A stretch of DNA of 64,000 bases, from NCBI GenBank assembly GCA_052279835.1, contig CP181291.1, forward strand, positions 1,152,001 to 1,216,000, given 5' to 3'. Positions 1 to 10,429 of this stretch are shown here, in pieces. Made by a program: the position numbers and the translations under genes. This DNA comes from Microcoleus sp. (lineage in GTDB: Bacteria; Cyanobacteriota; Cyanobacteriia; Cyanobacteriales; Microcoleaceae). Below the pieces are notes generated by a model, which saw nothing but the letters and a program-made list of their open reading frames with translations, was not told the origin of the DNA and made no database searches. Each line of letters starts with the position of its first letter. Within the stretch, counting starts at the first letter, position 1.

Positions 1-1274
1 CCCAAGGCAGCAAATTAGCAGCCCAGTTAACTATTAAGTATAACATTAACCACATTTCAGTAGTGGGCGGAAACACAAATAGCTGCTGCTGTTCCAGGAG
101 ATTAACAGAAGCCTCATTGCGGGTTTGTCGCCAAATCCAAAAGCGGTTAACCAAAATTACTGCTACTAATATTAAAGCTAAAGTTGACAGCCACCAAAGC
201 ATCGGATTGCCCATCGCGTGAACGTCAAAAATTACCTTAGTCGCACCGGTTGGCAGAGGTGGCAAAACAGGGGTCTGGTGGTGAATTATTCGTAGCAGTT
301 TTGTAGAAGTAAACTATCGGGCGCAGCATCAAAGGCCAACCGTACCACGCGGAACAGTAAGGATGAACGCCCGGGCCGCTCTTAATCCGCTGGTGATAAG
401 TCAAAATCTCTGTTTGCATCTGCCAGAAATTGGGAGTTGGATTAAAGTGTAGGTGAGGAATCCAAGAGATGCTGTAAACTACAATAGGAATAATAGCTAA
501 ACTTAGTCCTACTTCTAAAAAATTGAGTTTCGTCAATTTTTGGACGGGACTTGCCGCCGGAAGCATTGTTGATAATTCCTGGTTTTCCAGTTGTGGTTCT
601 TCTTGATTTTGTTGAGTAAGTTGCACTACCCAAGCGCAGATTAAAATTAAATAAGTTCCCAAAAGAAACCATAAGCCGTTCCATTTAATAGCAGCGGAAG
701 CGCCGAAACTAGCGCCCGATAGCCCTAGCAAAATCCAGCGGTTTTTGCCTGCTGTTTCAACTGATTTTAAAATAAATAGTTGACCTAATATTCCCAATAA
801 AACTAGATAAATATTATTCAGTGCGTAGCGAGATTCGACTAAAAATAGACCATCGCAGGCGGCAAATAAAGCAGCAATAAAGGCATAACTACGACGTTTA
901 ACTAGCTGATAGGCTAGCGCTCCCACAACTAGGGGAATAAAGGAGCCGGTGAGAGCGTTGAGCCAGCGGTAATCCCAAGGAGAAAGTAGGGAACCAGCCA
1001 TACTGTTGACGGCGGTTTTGCCGAAGGGAAGATGAGTTCCGATCCAGATGCCGATCGCAATTATGTACTGACTCAGAGGCGGGTGAGCGTTGAAAAAAGG
1101 CGTTTTGGTGAGATAATCGTTGGCAAATTTAGCGTAGTAAACTTCGTCAAATACGAAAGAATTAAACCGCTCTAGTTGCCAAAAGCGGAGAGTTAAGGAG
1201 ACGAGGAACACAGCGAGCATTCCTAGGTAAAAAATAAAATTAGATTTGTTAAATTGTTTTTTGTTCGCTTTCAT
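1..1274 (-). pseudogene. Dolichyl-phosphate-mannose-protein mannosyltransferase (PMT/GT-C) family glycosyltransferase, frameshifted near 270; 3' end lies beyond the window start
   Basis: ORF 237..1274 has PMT motifs (FDEVYY, HPPL, IKWNG, HPYCSAW). Removing one base from the G4 run at 270-273 restores DPVLPPLPTGATKVIFDVHAMGNPMLWW..., open to base 1. Could be a sequencing artefact. Confidence 0.8.
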
Positions 1275-1355
1275 GAGACTGCACCAAAAAATATTAGATA
1301 GTAGATTTGAGCTCGCTAATTTAAAAGTACAGGAGTTATGTCTAAATACCCAAGC

Positions 1356-1428
1356 AACCGGGTTGTTTGTGGAGATTAAGGCTACGCTCCAAGGTTTTCA
1401 GAAAAAACCCGGTTTTTGCGTAAGTCCA
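1356..1428. repeat. Small dispersed repeat, AACCGGG...AAACCCGGTT / TAGGACTTACGCA family
   Basis: Inverted AACCGGGTT/AACCCGGTT arms ending in TGCGTAAGTCC; relatives at about 7930-7947, 11913-11997, 49659-49746 and 52513-52524. Confidence 0.6.
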
Positions 1429-1531
1429 ACCCACGGGGTATGAGAAACAAGGTTTGTTGTCAAGGGATGATGCTGAAAGCTTAGCTTTTCGTCAAGAAAG
1501 CTGGCTTCTTTGGCACAAGCTGCGATCGATT

Positions 1532-2263
1532 ATGATAGCATCCGATCGGGTGTTTTTTGGACGAGTGTTTGTGAATCTCACTACTTGGGCTTGGGGGCGT
1601 TTGGGGTTAGGTGTAGGTGCGAGTATCCTGCTCGCATCAGCGACTGCGCCCAACCCCAAAACATTTGAAAGCTTCGGCGATTGGTGCACCAAAAAAGAGA
1701 GTTTGACCCCAGAAGCTAGACATACCGTTGAGGTGTTGCTATCGAAAGCAAAGACACAAGAGTGCGATCGCGCTCAAGAAACCCTGACTAATCTTACAGA
1801 ACTTTCCCTTAAATCAAATCAAATCGTCAATCTAGAACCCTTAGCAAATTTAACGAATTTGAAAATTCTTCAACTCAACGAGAATCAAATCGTTAATCTA
1901 GAACCCTTAGCAAATTTAACGAATCTGACACAACTTTACCTGGTTGGCAATCAAATAGTCAATCTCCAACCATTGTCAAAATTAATTAATCTCAAAAAAC
2001 TCAATCTCAGTTCCAATAAAATAACAGATGTGGAACCCTTATCTGGATTGACTAATCTCAAAGTTCTCACCCTCAATTTTAATCAAATCCCAGATGTGAA
2101 ACCATTATCGGGACTGACTAATCTGACAGACTTTTTTTTGGAATCAAATCAAATCGTAGATGCGAAACCGTTATCAGAGTTGAAGAATCTGTCCGGACTT
2201 TCTCTAGCATCAAATAGACTACTATGTCTTGGGAGAGAAACAGCAAGCGATCGACTATTATAA
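1532..2263 (+). CDS. Secreted leucine-rich-repeat (internalin-like) protein, 3' end apparently truncated or fused
   Basis: 22-aa LRR units (LxxLxLxxNQIxxLEPLxxLTN) after a signal-like N-terminus and a WC..EC cap; ends abruptly out of frame with the TPR-CHAT sequence. Start uncertain. Confidence 0.7.
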   Translation: MIASDRVFFGRVFVNLTTWAWGRLGLGVGASILLASATAPNPKTFESFGDWCTKKESLTPEARHTVEVLLSKAKTQECDRAQETLTNLTELSLKSNQIVNLEPLANLTNLKILQLNENQIVNLEPLANLTNLTQLYLVGNQIVNLQPLSKLINLKKLNLSSNKITDVEPLSGLTNLKVLTLNFNQIPDVKPLSGLTNLTDFFLESNQIVDAKPLSELKNLSGLSLASNRLLCLGRETASDRLL

Positions 2264-4454
2264 TCAAGTTCTTTCGTTAATTCGGGAAATGGGCGATCGC
2301 CCCGAAGCAAGCATTAACCTCAATAACATCTCGAACATACCCGCAAACAGCGACACATCAGGAGGCGCTCGCATTGTGGAAGCCACCACCCTCAACAACC
2401 TCGGTTTAGCCTACAATGATTTGGGAGAAAAACAAAAAGCAAAAGAATATTTCAACCAAGCCCTTCCTCTATTTCGCGCTCTGGGCGATCGTCCTAGGGA
2501 AGCCACTGCTCTCACCAATATCGGCTTAGTCTACAATGATTTGGGAAACCAACAACAAGCCATCGAATACTATAATCAAGCCCTGCATCTGAGACGAGAA
2601 GTGGGCGATCGGCAACAAGAAGCCCTCACCCTCAACAATACAGGTGTTTCCTACTCAGAATTGGGAGAAAAGCAGAAAGCAGCAGAACATTTCAACCAAG
2701 CCCTGCGGCTGTTTCGGGCTGTGGGCGATCGGCCTGGAGAAGCACTCACTCTCTACAATAGCGCCAATCTAAAAGGCGATCTAGGAAATTTAATCGCAGC
2801 CCTAACTGACATTGAAGCCTCCATCAAAATCATCGAAAACCTCCGCACCAAAATTACCAACCACGAACTCCGAACCTCATACTTTACCACAGTACAAAAC
2901 TATTACCAGTTCTACATTCACCTGTTAATGGAACTGCACAACACAGAACCAAAATCAGGTTACGATCGCAAAGCATTTGAGGCCAGCGAACGTTCCCGCG
3001 CCCGCACATTACTAGAACTCTTGCAAGAAGCAAATGCTGATATTCGCCAAGGGATTGCCCCAGAATTATTGGCTATAGAACGGAATTTACAACAGCAACT
3101 CGATGCTTTAGAAACACAGCGCATCGAAATCTTGAGCCTTCAAAATCCAACTTCCCAACAAACAGCAGAATTAGAAAAAACACGCCAAAATCTGCTATCT
3201 CAATATCAAAACATTCAAGGCAAAATTCGCGCCACCAGCCCCCGGTACGCCGCCCTCACCCAACCGGAACCCCTAACTCTTCCACAAATTCAACAACAAA
3301 TTCTCGACGATAATACAATTTTACTCCAGTATTCTCTAGGAGCAAAGCACAGCTATCTCTGGGTTGTCACTAAAACCAGCATCACCAGTTATGAATAGCC
3401 AAAAAGCGCCGACATCGAAACAGCAGCCCGCAATTTCCGCAATGCAGTGACTAATCCCCGCCTCCGAAACATCCCCAATCAAGTCGCTGAAGCTAGCAAA
3501 GCACTCAGTCAAATTATCTTACAGCCCGCAGCAGCACAACTCGCTCAAAAACGCCTGCTGATAGTTGGCGATGGCGTTTTGAATTATCTTCCCTTTGCCG
3601 CCCTTTCGCTCCCCGGAAAATCGGGTGAAAATGAAAATCCACCTTTAATAGTAGACCATGAAATCGTGCTGTTGCCTTCAGCTTCCACCTTGGAAATATT
3701 AAGAAAAAATTATAGTGACAGACCAACTCCAACTCGGACTTTAGCAATGCTTGCCGATCCAGTTTTTAGCCCTGACGATGAACGAGTCAAAAACCCCGCT
3801 ACTAGCACCAATCGCCAAGCAATAGAATCAGTAAATCTCGGTTTAAGCCGCTCTAGTCGCGATAATAATTTACAGTTGAGCCGTTTAAAATTCACTCGCC
3901 AAGAAGCTCAAATCATTCAAGGGTTAGTTGCGGGAAATTCCAGTACCCAATCCTTTGATTTTGCAGCCAGCCGTGCCACAGCCACCAGGCCGAATTTAAG
4001 CCAATATAAAATCATTCATTTTGCCACTCATGGTTTAGCAAATAGCGCTCACCCAGAACTCTCAGGAGTCATCTTGTCGCTAGTAGATGAAAAGGGCAAT
4101 CCCTTAAACGGATTCCTGCGACTTACTGATATTTTTAATCTCAAATTAGCAGCAGAATTAGTAGTGTTAAGTGCCTGTCAAACCGGATTGGGGCAGAACA
4201 TTCAAGGCGAGGGCATGGTGGGATTGACACGGGGATTTATGTATGCAGGCGCTCAGCGAGTGGTGGTTAGTTTGTGGAGTGTGGACGATGAAGGGACGGC
4301 TACGTTAATGTCTAATTTCTATCAAGGAATGCTGCAAAAAGGGTTAACCCCAGCGGCTGCTTTAAGGGGGGCGCAATTGGAACTATGGAAGCAGGAAAAA
4401 TGGCATTCTCCTTATTATTGGGCGGCGTTTACACTTCAGGGTGAATGGCGATAA
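2217..4454 (+). pseudogene. TPR-CHAT (caspase-like) protein, 5'-truncated, with an in-frame TAG at 3396-3398
   Basis: TPR repeats ([21 protein letters not shown]). ORFs 2229..3398 and 3447..4454 share a frame across SYE*PKSADIE. The CHAT His/Cys motifs HFATHG and LSACQT and the C-terminal PYYWAAF are intact. Confidence 0.85.
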
Positions 4455-4577
4455 ATTTTATGCCAAATTAGCATCAATTCCTGTAAGTCACGACTACATA
4501 AACTTTCCTCGGCGCAACGCGACACTAAAGAAAATCATACTTAAAAATCTGCACCCTCAACAACACAGGACGGCGAT

Positions 4578-4664
4578 TTCTGAGGGGTAAAACCCCTCAG
4601 ACCTTCGACAACAGTCTCTGGAAATCGCTTCTACACACACAAAGTCAGCCTCGGCGGACTGAAG
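4578..4664. repeat. REP-like palindromic repeats
   Basis: TCTGAGGGGTAAAACCCCTCAGA hairpin plus GGAAATCGC.TCTACACA.ACAA..GTC.GCCT..GCGGACT, which recurs at 34321-34361; related sequence at 13753-13800. Confidence 0.55.
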
Positions 4665-4761
4665 AATAAAGGAGATATCAAAACCGAATTTGGTATAACA
4701 TATCGCGGAGAAATTTGGTGGGCAAGTTGGCCCTATCCAAAGTCGGAAATTCAAAATCTAT

Positions 4762-6057
4762 TCAAATTCCCAAGCGCTGATACACTAAATCTAAATGCCT
4801 CAATTGATACTGCGGATCGAAACAATCATCAATTTCTTTGCTAGTCATCTTAGCAGTAACCCGCTCGTCCTTAGCAATCAAATTGTAGAAATTGCCACCC
4901 GGTTTGTTCCAAACTTCGTGAGCGCAAGATTGCACAATTTTGTAGGCTTCTTCGCGACTCGTGCCTTTTTCTACTAAAGCTAACATGACGCGCTGACTAA
5001 AGATAACTCCGCCGTAAACATTCATGTTTTGCTTCATGTTTTCGGGATAGACTAGCAGGTTTTTCACTAAGTCTGTGGTTTCCACTAACATGAAGTGGGT
5101 GACAGTGGAACTGTCTGGCAAAATCATCCGTTCTACGGAACTGTGAGAAATGTCTCTTTCGTGCCAAAGCGCCACGTTTTCTAAGGCTGCGACGGCGTTG
5201 GCGCGGACAATTCTTGCCATTCCTGTGAGTCTTTCGGATCGAATCGGGTTGCGTTTGTGGGGCATGGCGGAGGAGCCTTTTTGCCCTTTGGAAAAGAATT
5301 CTTCGACTTCGAGCACGTCGGTGCGTTGCAGGTTGCGAATTTCGACTGCAAAACGTTCGATCGATGCTGCTAACAGTGCTAAGGTTTGGACGTATTCGGC
5401 GTGTCGATCGCGCGAAATGACTTGAGTCGATGCACAATCGGGTTCGAGTCCGAGGTTTTGACAGGCGATCGCTTCTATTCGCGGGTCTATATTAGCATAA
5501 GTGCCGACTGCGCCGGAGATTTTGCCGACTGCAATGGACGATCGCAAATTCACCAATCGAGCGCGGTTGCGAAACACTTCGGCCAACCATCCTGCTAGTT
5601 TAAAGCCAAAGGTGATGGGTTCGGCGTGAATTCCGTGCGATCGGCCAACCATCACAGTATTGCGGTGTTGTTGGGCCTGATAGCGAATAGCTTGGCTCAA
5701 ATCTTCGACACGTTCTAACAAGATATTAACGCTGGCGACTAATTGTAATGCCAAAGCGGTATCGAGCACGTCGGAACTGGTTAAGCCGAGGTGAATGTAG
5801 CGGCCGGCATCGCCTACATATTCGTTGACATTTGTCAAGAAGGCGATCATGTCGTGGCGGACTTCCGCCTCAATTTCCAGGACACGTTTGGGGTCAAAAT
5901 TAGCCTTAGCTTTAATTTCTGCGACTGCGGCGGCGGGGATGTAGCCGAGTTCGGCTTGAGCTTCGCAGACAGCAATTTCTACTTGTAGCCAGCTTTTGAG
6001 CTTGGCGGTTTCAGTCCAGATGTTGCCCATTTCGGGCAGAGTGTAGCGGTCAATCAC
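4762..6057 (-). CDS. purB: Adenylosuccinate lyase
   Basis: MIDRYTLPEM start (GTG at 6057), GRSHGIHAEP, signature SSAMPHKRNP; 431 aa. Confidence 0.97.
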   Translation of the reverse strand: MIDRYTLPEMGNIWTETAKLKSWLQVEIAVCEAQAELGYIPAAAVAEIKAKANFDPKRVLEIEAEVRHDMIAFLTNVNEYVGDAGRYIHLGLTSSDVLDTALALQLVASVNILLERVEDLSQAIRYQAQQHRNTVMVGRSHGIHAEPITFGFKLAGWLAEVFRNRARLVNLRSSIAVGKISGAVGTYANIDPRIEAIACQNLGLEPDCASTQVISRDRHAEYVQTLALLAASIERFAVEIRNLQRTDVLEVEEFFSKGQKGSSAMPHKRNPIRSERLTGMARIVRANAVAALENVALWHERDISHSSVERMILPDSSTVTHFMLVETTDLVKNLLVYPENMKQNMNVYGGVIFSQRVMLALVEKGTSREEAYKIVQSCAHEVWNKPGGNFYNLIAKDERVTAKMTSKEIDDCFDPQYQLRHLDLVYQRLGI

Positions 6058-6196
6058 GGTGGTCGTTAGGGAATTCGGTCTCACCATTGTACATCTGCGA
6101 GGGGTGCAAGAGCCAAGGAGTCGAGAAACCGGCTTTAATATAGATTGAGGGTGGCACGATGTATTTTAAGTGGTTGGGCTGCGGTATTTCCGATTT

Positions 6197-7117
6197 ATGA
6201 CCGATGAATTTCCGATCTTTGTGGTGACGCAGGACGCTTATGAAGCTTCCTCGAATGAAACGTTAGGAAGCAAATACAAGTTTTGGTTCGATCGAGAACA
6301 ACTCAGTCGCTATCTTTACAAACAAAACCGACACAATCTGGGAGAAGATTGGGCGGAAAAAGTTGCATCGGAATTATGCGAACTCTTGGGACTTCCCCAT
6401 GCTATTTACGAATTGGCTTCAACTTGGGAAGGCGATCGCGGCATCGTCTCTCTCAACTTTGTACCACAAGGAGGAATACTCGTTCACGGGAACGAGCTTC
6501 TTTCCTCAATTGTGCGGAATTATCCGACATTTGGAACCTATGGCATCTCGCAACATACAATAGATGTAGTGTTGAGGGTCATTGAAGACGAGTCTGTCAA
6601 TTTACCAATTGGTTGGACACCGCCTTCTGGTATCCAAAGAGCAGTCGATGTGTTTGTTGGCTATCTTCTGCTCGATGCGTGGATCGGAAACGGCGATCGC
6701 CACCATGAAAACTGGGCGGTTATCCGAATGAAAACAGCATCGACTTCAGAAGGAAAAAAATATCTAGCACCGACTTACGACCATGCCTCAAGTTTGGGAC
6801 GCGACCTCTCGGACTCTCAAAGACAGAAACGTTCGGCCCAAGCTTATGCAAACAAATGTTTTTCGGCGTTTTATAGTAGTGTTGAAGATCGAAAGACGCT
6901 TAAAACTTTTGATACGTTCTCCCTTGTGGCTCATCGCTATCCCGAAGCTGCTCGCCTATGGTTGGTGCAGCTTGAAAATATTTCACCAGCCGATATTTTA
7001 AATATTTTTAATCGCATCAATTCATCGCGCATCTCCCCCGAAGCTAGCAATTTTGCTCTGGCGATTCTTGAAATCAACAAACATCGGTTACTTACTTTGA
7101 GAGAAGCACTACTTTGA
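6197..7117 (+). CDS. HipA-like (HipA_C/CtkA-type) Ser/Thr kinase
   Basis: LGSKYKFW Gly-loop, GEDWAEK, catalytic DAWIGNGDRHHENW and LAPTYDHASSL motifs. Confidence 0.85.
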   Translation: MTDEFPIFVVTQDAYEASSNETLGSKYKFWFDREQLSRYLYKQNRHNLGEDWAEKVASELCELLGLPHAIYELASTWEGDRGIVSLNFVPQGGILVHGNELLSSIVRNYPTFGTYGISQHTIDVVLRVIEDESVNLPIGWTPPSGIQRAVDVFVGYLLLDAWIGNGDRHHENWAVIRMKTASTSEGKKYLAPTYDHASSLGRDLSDSQRQKRSAQAYANKCFSAFYSSVEDRKTLKTFDTFSLVAHRYPEAARLWLVQLENISPADILNIFNRINSSRISPEASNFALAILEINKHRLLTLREALL

Positions 7118-7878
7118 AAACACCAAAAACGCTATTCTTAGCTTGGAAAGACCCCATCAGTCCTAATTGGTTTACGATCGGTCGATTAACCTTTGATAAG
7201 AATATCTATCAATTTGTTTATACCCAAGGTGTAAAAGAAGCCGAAGAGAAATGTGCTTTTACACCGTTGCTTTCGTTTCCACGCTTAAATGAGGTTTATA
7301 CGTCAACTTATTTATTTCCCGTATTTGCGAATCGGGTTATGTCGCGATCGCGTCCCGATTATTCCAGTTTTATCGAACAGCTCGACCTCCTCCACGATGA
7401 CCCTAGCCCAATGGCAATTTTAGCTCGCAGTGGTGGGGAACGAGTCACAGATACGTTTGCCGTTTTTCCCGATCCGGAAGTTGACGAAGAAGGACGGTAC
7501 AATCTTTACTTTTTTTCGCAGGGTTTGCGACATTTGCCCAGAAGTGCGATCGATCGGATTAATCAGTTTGAGCCTGGGGAAAAGTTATGGTTAGCTCGCG
7601 AATTTCAAAATCCTTACGACGATCGGGTTCTAATTTCAAACACTAGCGATCGCTCCATTGTCGGCTATTTTCCGCGATATTTGCTAGCAGAAGTTTTTGA
7701 GTTGCTGCGACAAAATTCTAACTTAGAAGTGCGGGTAGAGCGTGTCAATAAACCTCCTACTCCACTCCAGTTTCGCCTGTTATGTAAAATGAGTGTCCAT
7801 TGTAGAGATGATTTTCGTCTCTTCTCCAGTTGTCAATATCAACCCATGATTGTAGAGATGGCGGTGAAATCTGCATAA
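7114..7878 (+). CDS. HipA-N/HipS-like plus HIRAN domain protein, partner of the kinase
   Basis: N-terminal LAW..IGRL..YQFVY..LFPVFANRV..SRPDY resembles the HipA N-terminal subdomain; C-terminal L.REFQNPYDDR..VGYFPRYL is HIRAN-like; 4-bp overlap with the kinase gene. Confidence 0.75.
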   Translation: MKTPKTLFLAWKDPISPNWFTIGRLTFDKNIYQFVYTQGVKEAEEKCAFTPLLSFPRLNEVYTSTYLFPVFANRVMSRSRPDYSSFIEQLDLLHDDPSPMAILARSGGERVTDTFAVFPDPEVDEEGRYNLYFFSQGLRHLPRSAIDRINQFEPGEKLWLAREFQNPYDDRVLISNTSDRSIVGYFPRYLLAEVFELLRQNSNLEVRVERVNKPPTPLQFRLLCKMSVHCRDDFRLFSSCQYQPMIVEMAVKSA

Positions 7879-8012
7879 AGTTATTAATACCAAGGATTAT
7901 CAGCCACTTTGTTAGAGCATCGCAGATTCGGTAAAAACCCGGTTTCTGATTCTGAATGCGATATTCTTTACCGATCGCCGATTATAAGTTAAAGCCTATT
8001 CAACCGATCGCT

Positions 8013-8399
8013 CTACCACAATCTTTGTACTGGGTAGCTGTCGAATACAGCATCAATACTTAAAATAGGCATTTGTGTCACAACGGCTTGAGCAATTAAG
8101 AGTCTATCAAATGGATCGCGATGAGGATTTGGCAATGTGTCTAATGCAAAAATATGAGCTAGCTCGATCGGCAAAATTTGCAATCCATTGACTTGCTGCT
8201 GGCGTTCTATCAATTCAGTTAAGGACACGTTCAGTGTTAACTTCCCAAGCTGAAGCTTAATTTGCATTTCCCAAATACTAACCAAGCTCGTAAATAAAGT
8301 ATGAGTTGGATCGGTGATAATATTCGTCGCTTGTTGCGATAAGTTTTGGGGAGAAATAGCTAGCCAAATCAAGACGTGCGTATCCAGCAAAATATTCAT
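8013..8399 (-). CDS. vapC: VapC family PIN-domain toxin
   Basis: LLDTHVLIW, SIWEMQIK and HRDPFDRLLIAQA PIN motifs. Confidence 0.92.
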   Translation of the reverse strand: MNILLDTHVLIWLAISPQNLSQQATNIITDPTHTLFTSLVSIWEMQIKLQLGKLTLNVSLTELIERQQQVNGLQILPIELAHIFALDTLPNPHRDPFDRLLIAQAVVTQMPILSIDAVFDSYPVQRLW

Positions 8400-8656
8400 G
8401 CTTCACCCAACCAAAACGCATCAGGAAGTGGCTGGTTAAAATCCTCACTCATCCAGCCCATCCCTTGATGCAGACCCAAAACTCGTTGTTGCGGAGGAGG
8501 GGGTGCAGCTTCAACTGAAGTGTTTTCGGGGATCGATCGCATCTGTCGTTCCAGCAAAAACTCTGCAAAAGTTAACAGAAGCTGCTGATTTTCCGGGAGT
8601 AAGTGTTGTAACTTGCCTAGCAAATCTTCCAAAAGTTCGATCGTTTGAGAAGTCAT
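8396..8656 (-). CDS. DUF2281-type antitoxin
   Basis: L..L..E.Q..LL.F.EFL followed by RVLGLHQG..WMSEDFNQPLPD; ATGA overlap with vapC; GAGGGG RBS upstream of ATG 8656. Confidence 0.8.
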   Translation of the reverse strand: MTSQTIELLEDLLGKLQHLLPENQQLLLTFAEFLLERQMRSIPENTSVEAAPPPPQQRVLGLHQGMGWMSEDFNQPLPDAFWLGEA

Positions 8657-8736
8657 CTTGTTCCCCTCAATGTTGGCGATAGTCTCATTATCCGTTATTT
8701 TTTGGCGATCGATGCTCATCTTGAAACAAAAGCACC

Positions 8737-8897
8737 ATTGATTTCAACACTTGCTACTGGCCGAAAACCAGCTTGCAATAAACCTTTTTCTAGTTTTTTA
8801 CTGCTTTTTATCTGATGTTATCCATTTCAGGCAGAGTGTAGCGCCCTATCGCGGTGGTCGTTGGGGAGTGCGATCGTCCTATTGTACATCTGCGAGG
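8737..8897 (-). repeat. Internally deleted copy of the methyltransferase 5' region plus purB-derived promoter/5' end
   Basis: 8737-8785 matches 11522-11570 (45/49 by eye); 8786-8819 matches 11791-11824; 8814-8897 matches purB 6019-6102 (69/84, no gaps). Confidence 0.9.
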
Positions 8898-9294
8898 CAT
8901 CGGTCTTGAGTTGGGATGGGGAACTTGAATGGTTATTTACCCAAAGCTGTGCTTGGTAAAGGCGATGACTCTATTTTTCTATAGAATAATATATGACACC
9001 AAATTGGTGCAAAAAAAACACCTAAAAACATAAAATCAGGTATATAATAGGTGTATTTAGTTCTCAGACAAACACAAAACACATGAAAATTAACACACAG
9101 CGATTCAAGAAGGCACAAGCCCCCCCGCCCCCCAAATGTCAAGCGCACTTCACCGCTACCCACCGCTACCAGTAGTGTGCAAACCAAACTATTTTTTGCG
9201 TAAGTGCTTTGTAAGGCTTGGTGAGCAAGCTCTTTGTAAGTGAAGTAGTATGGCTGCTTCACACGGATGCAATAACTAATCAAATACGACTGCA

Positions 9295-9543
9295 ATGAAA
9301 AAACAACAATTTCAAAATACACAAGCCCCCCGTCCCCCAGATGTTAAGCGGATGTCCGTCAGTTTATCTGCGGATGCTGCTGAACTATTGGAATGGCTTG
9401 CTACAACCCAAGGGATAACTCAGATTGAAGCGCTTCGGAAAGCTATTGCAACTGAAGCTTACCTTCACAAAGAGATCAAACAAGGGTCTAAAGTTTTACT
9501 TCTAAATTCTGACAAAGAAGTGCGAGAAGTAATATTTAGATAA
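9295..9543 (+). CDS. Small ribbon-helix-helix (CopG-like) protein
   Basis: KRMSVSLS beta-strand followed by a helix-helix segment (AELLEWLA..QGITQIEALRKAI). Confidence 0.7.
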   Translation: MKKQQFQNTQAPRPPDVKRMSVSLSADAAELLEWLATTQGITQIEALRKAIATEAYLHKEIKQGSKVLLLNSDKEVREVIFR

Positions 9544-9591
9544 TGCAAGCTGCGGGGGTATAAACAAGTAATTAATTCTTGAAAAACCCTC

Positions 9592-9966
9592 ATGCACACA
9601 AAAGACTACCATCCCCACAACTATAGCAATATCCAGTCTCAGGATAACGATATTCTTGAGCAAATCGTTTTGACTGGTGAACTGGATATTGACAACTACA
9701 TGAGTAGCGTTTATCCTAGCAAGGAAGTCTGCCAAAATGTAGAAGCTTGGGTTGGTAAAAATAGAGAGCGAACGCGCTCAAAAATTGCTAATCGTTTGCT
9801 CACAATGTTTGCTACGTAGCTGGTTACAACTTTTGTTTTAGTAGGGGTAAGCTCGTTAATGCCAAATTCCGATCGAGGGTTGCTCAAGGATTTAATTCCC
9901 CTAATTATTACTCCCCAAGTAGGTTTGCTGGGAGTTACCATAGGGTTTTACTTCGATAAGGATTGA
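9592..9966 (+). pseudogene. Two-transmembrane small protein with an in-frame TAG at 9817-9819
   Basis: Reading through the stop gives RERTRSKIANRLLTMFAT*LVTTFVLVGVSSL...LIPLIITPQVGLLGVTIGFYFDKD. Confidence 0.65.
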
Positions 9967-10207
9967 TATAACAATTAAACTTGGCTCAAGAGTGCGATCG
10001 CGTCATTCCCTTTGGTGCGATCGTCTGTCCGCTCTATTGTGTTGAAGGAGATATAGCCTTTCTCTAAAAAGTGAGGTGCCCATTTCGCCAAGAAAAGCTT
10101 GATAATGTAAGGGTTGCAGCATACCTTGGCATACCTCATCTTTCTGAGAAACGCTATAAACGATTACAGATTGCGTAAAGTTATTCAATCTCTGCCACCA
10201 TTCACTT

Positions 10208-10429
10208 ATGCCTAAAAAGATTAGAGAATTGAAAAGCCTCTTACTAAAAGCAGGATTCATTTGTCAGCCAGCAAAAGGCAGTCATAGTAAGTGGAAGCAT
10301 CCCAAATTAGCCAAGGTAATTATCATAGCTGGTAAAGACGGAAATGATGCTAAACTATATTTAGAGAAGTCAGTCAACGAAACACTTGAGGCGCTAAGGC
10401 AAATCGAAGCAGAGGAGACAGAACAATGA
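10208..10429 (+). CDS. hicA: HicA family mRNA interferase toxin (copy 1)
   Basis: ELKSLLLKAGF..KGSH..WKHP motif; overlaps hicB. Confidence 0.9.
   Translation: MPKKIRELKSLLLKAGFICQPAKGSHSKWKHPKLAKVIIIAGKDGNDAKLYLEKSVNETLEALRQIEAEETEQ

Noticed and set aside
4483..4497. Possible NtcA site GTA...TAC
   Set aside because: The spacer is 9 nt rather than 8, and it lies between convergent gene ends.
8933..9322. 129-aa minus-strand ORF in the TA array
   Set aside because: No recognisable motifs, overlaps the RHH promoter and duplicated stub, and has atypical composition.
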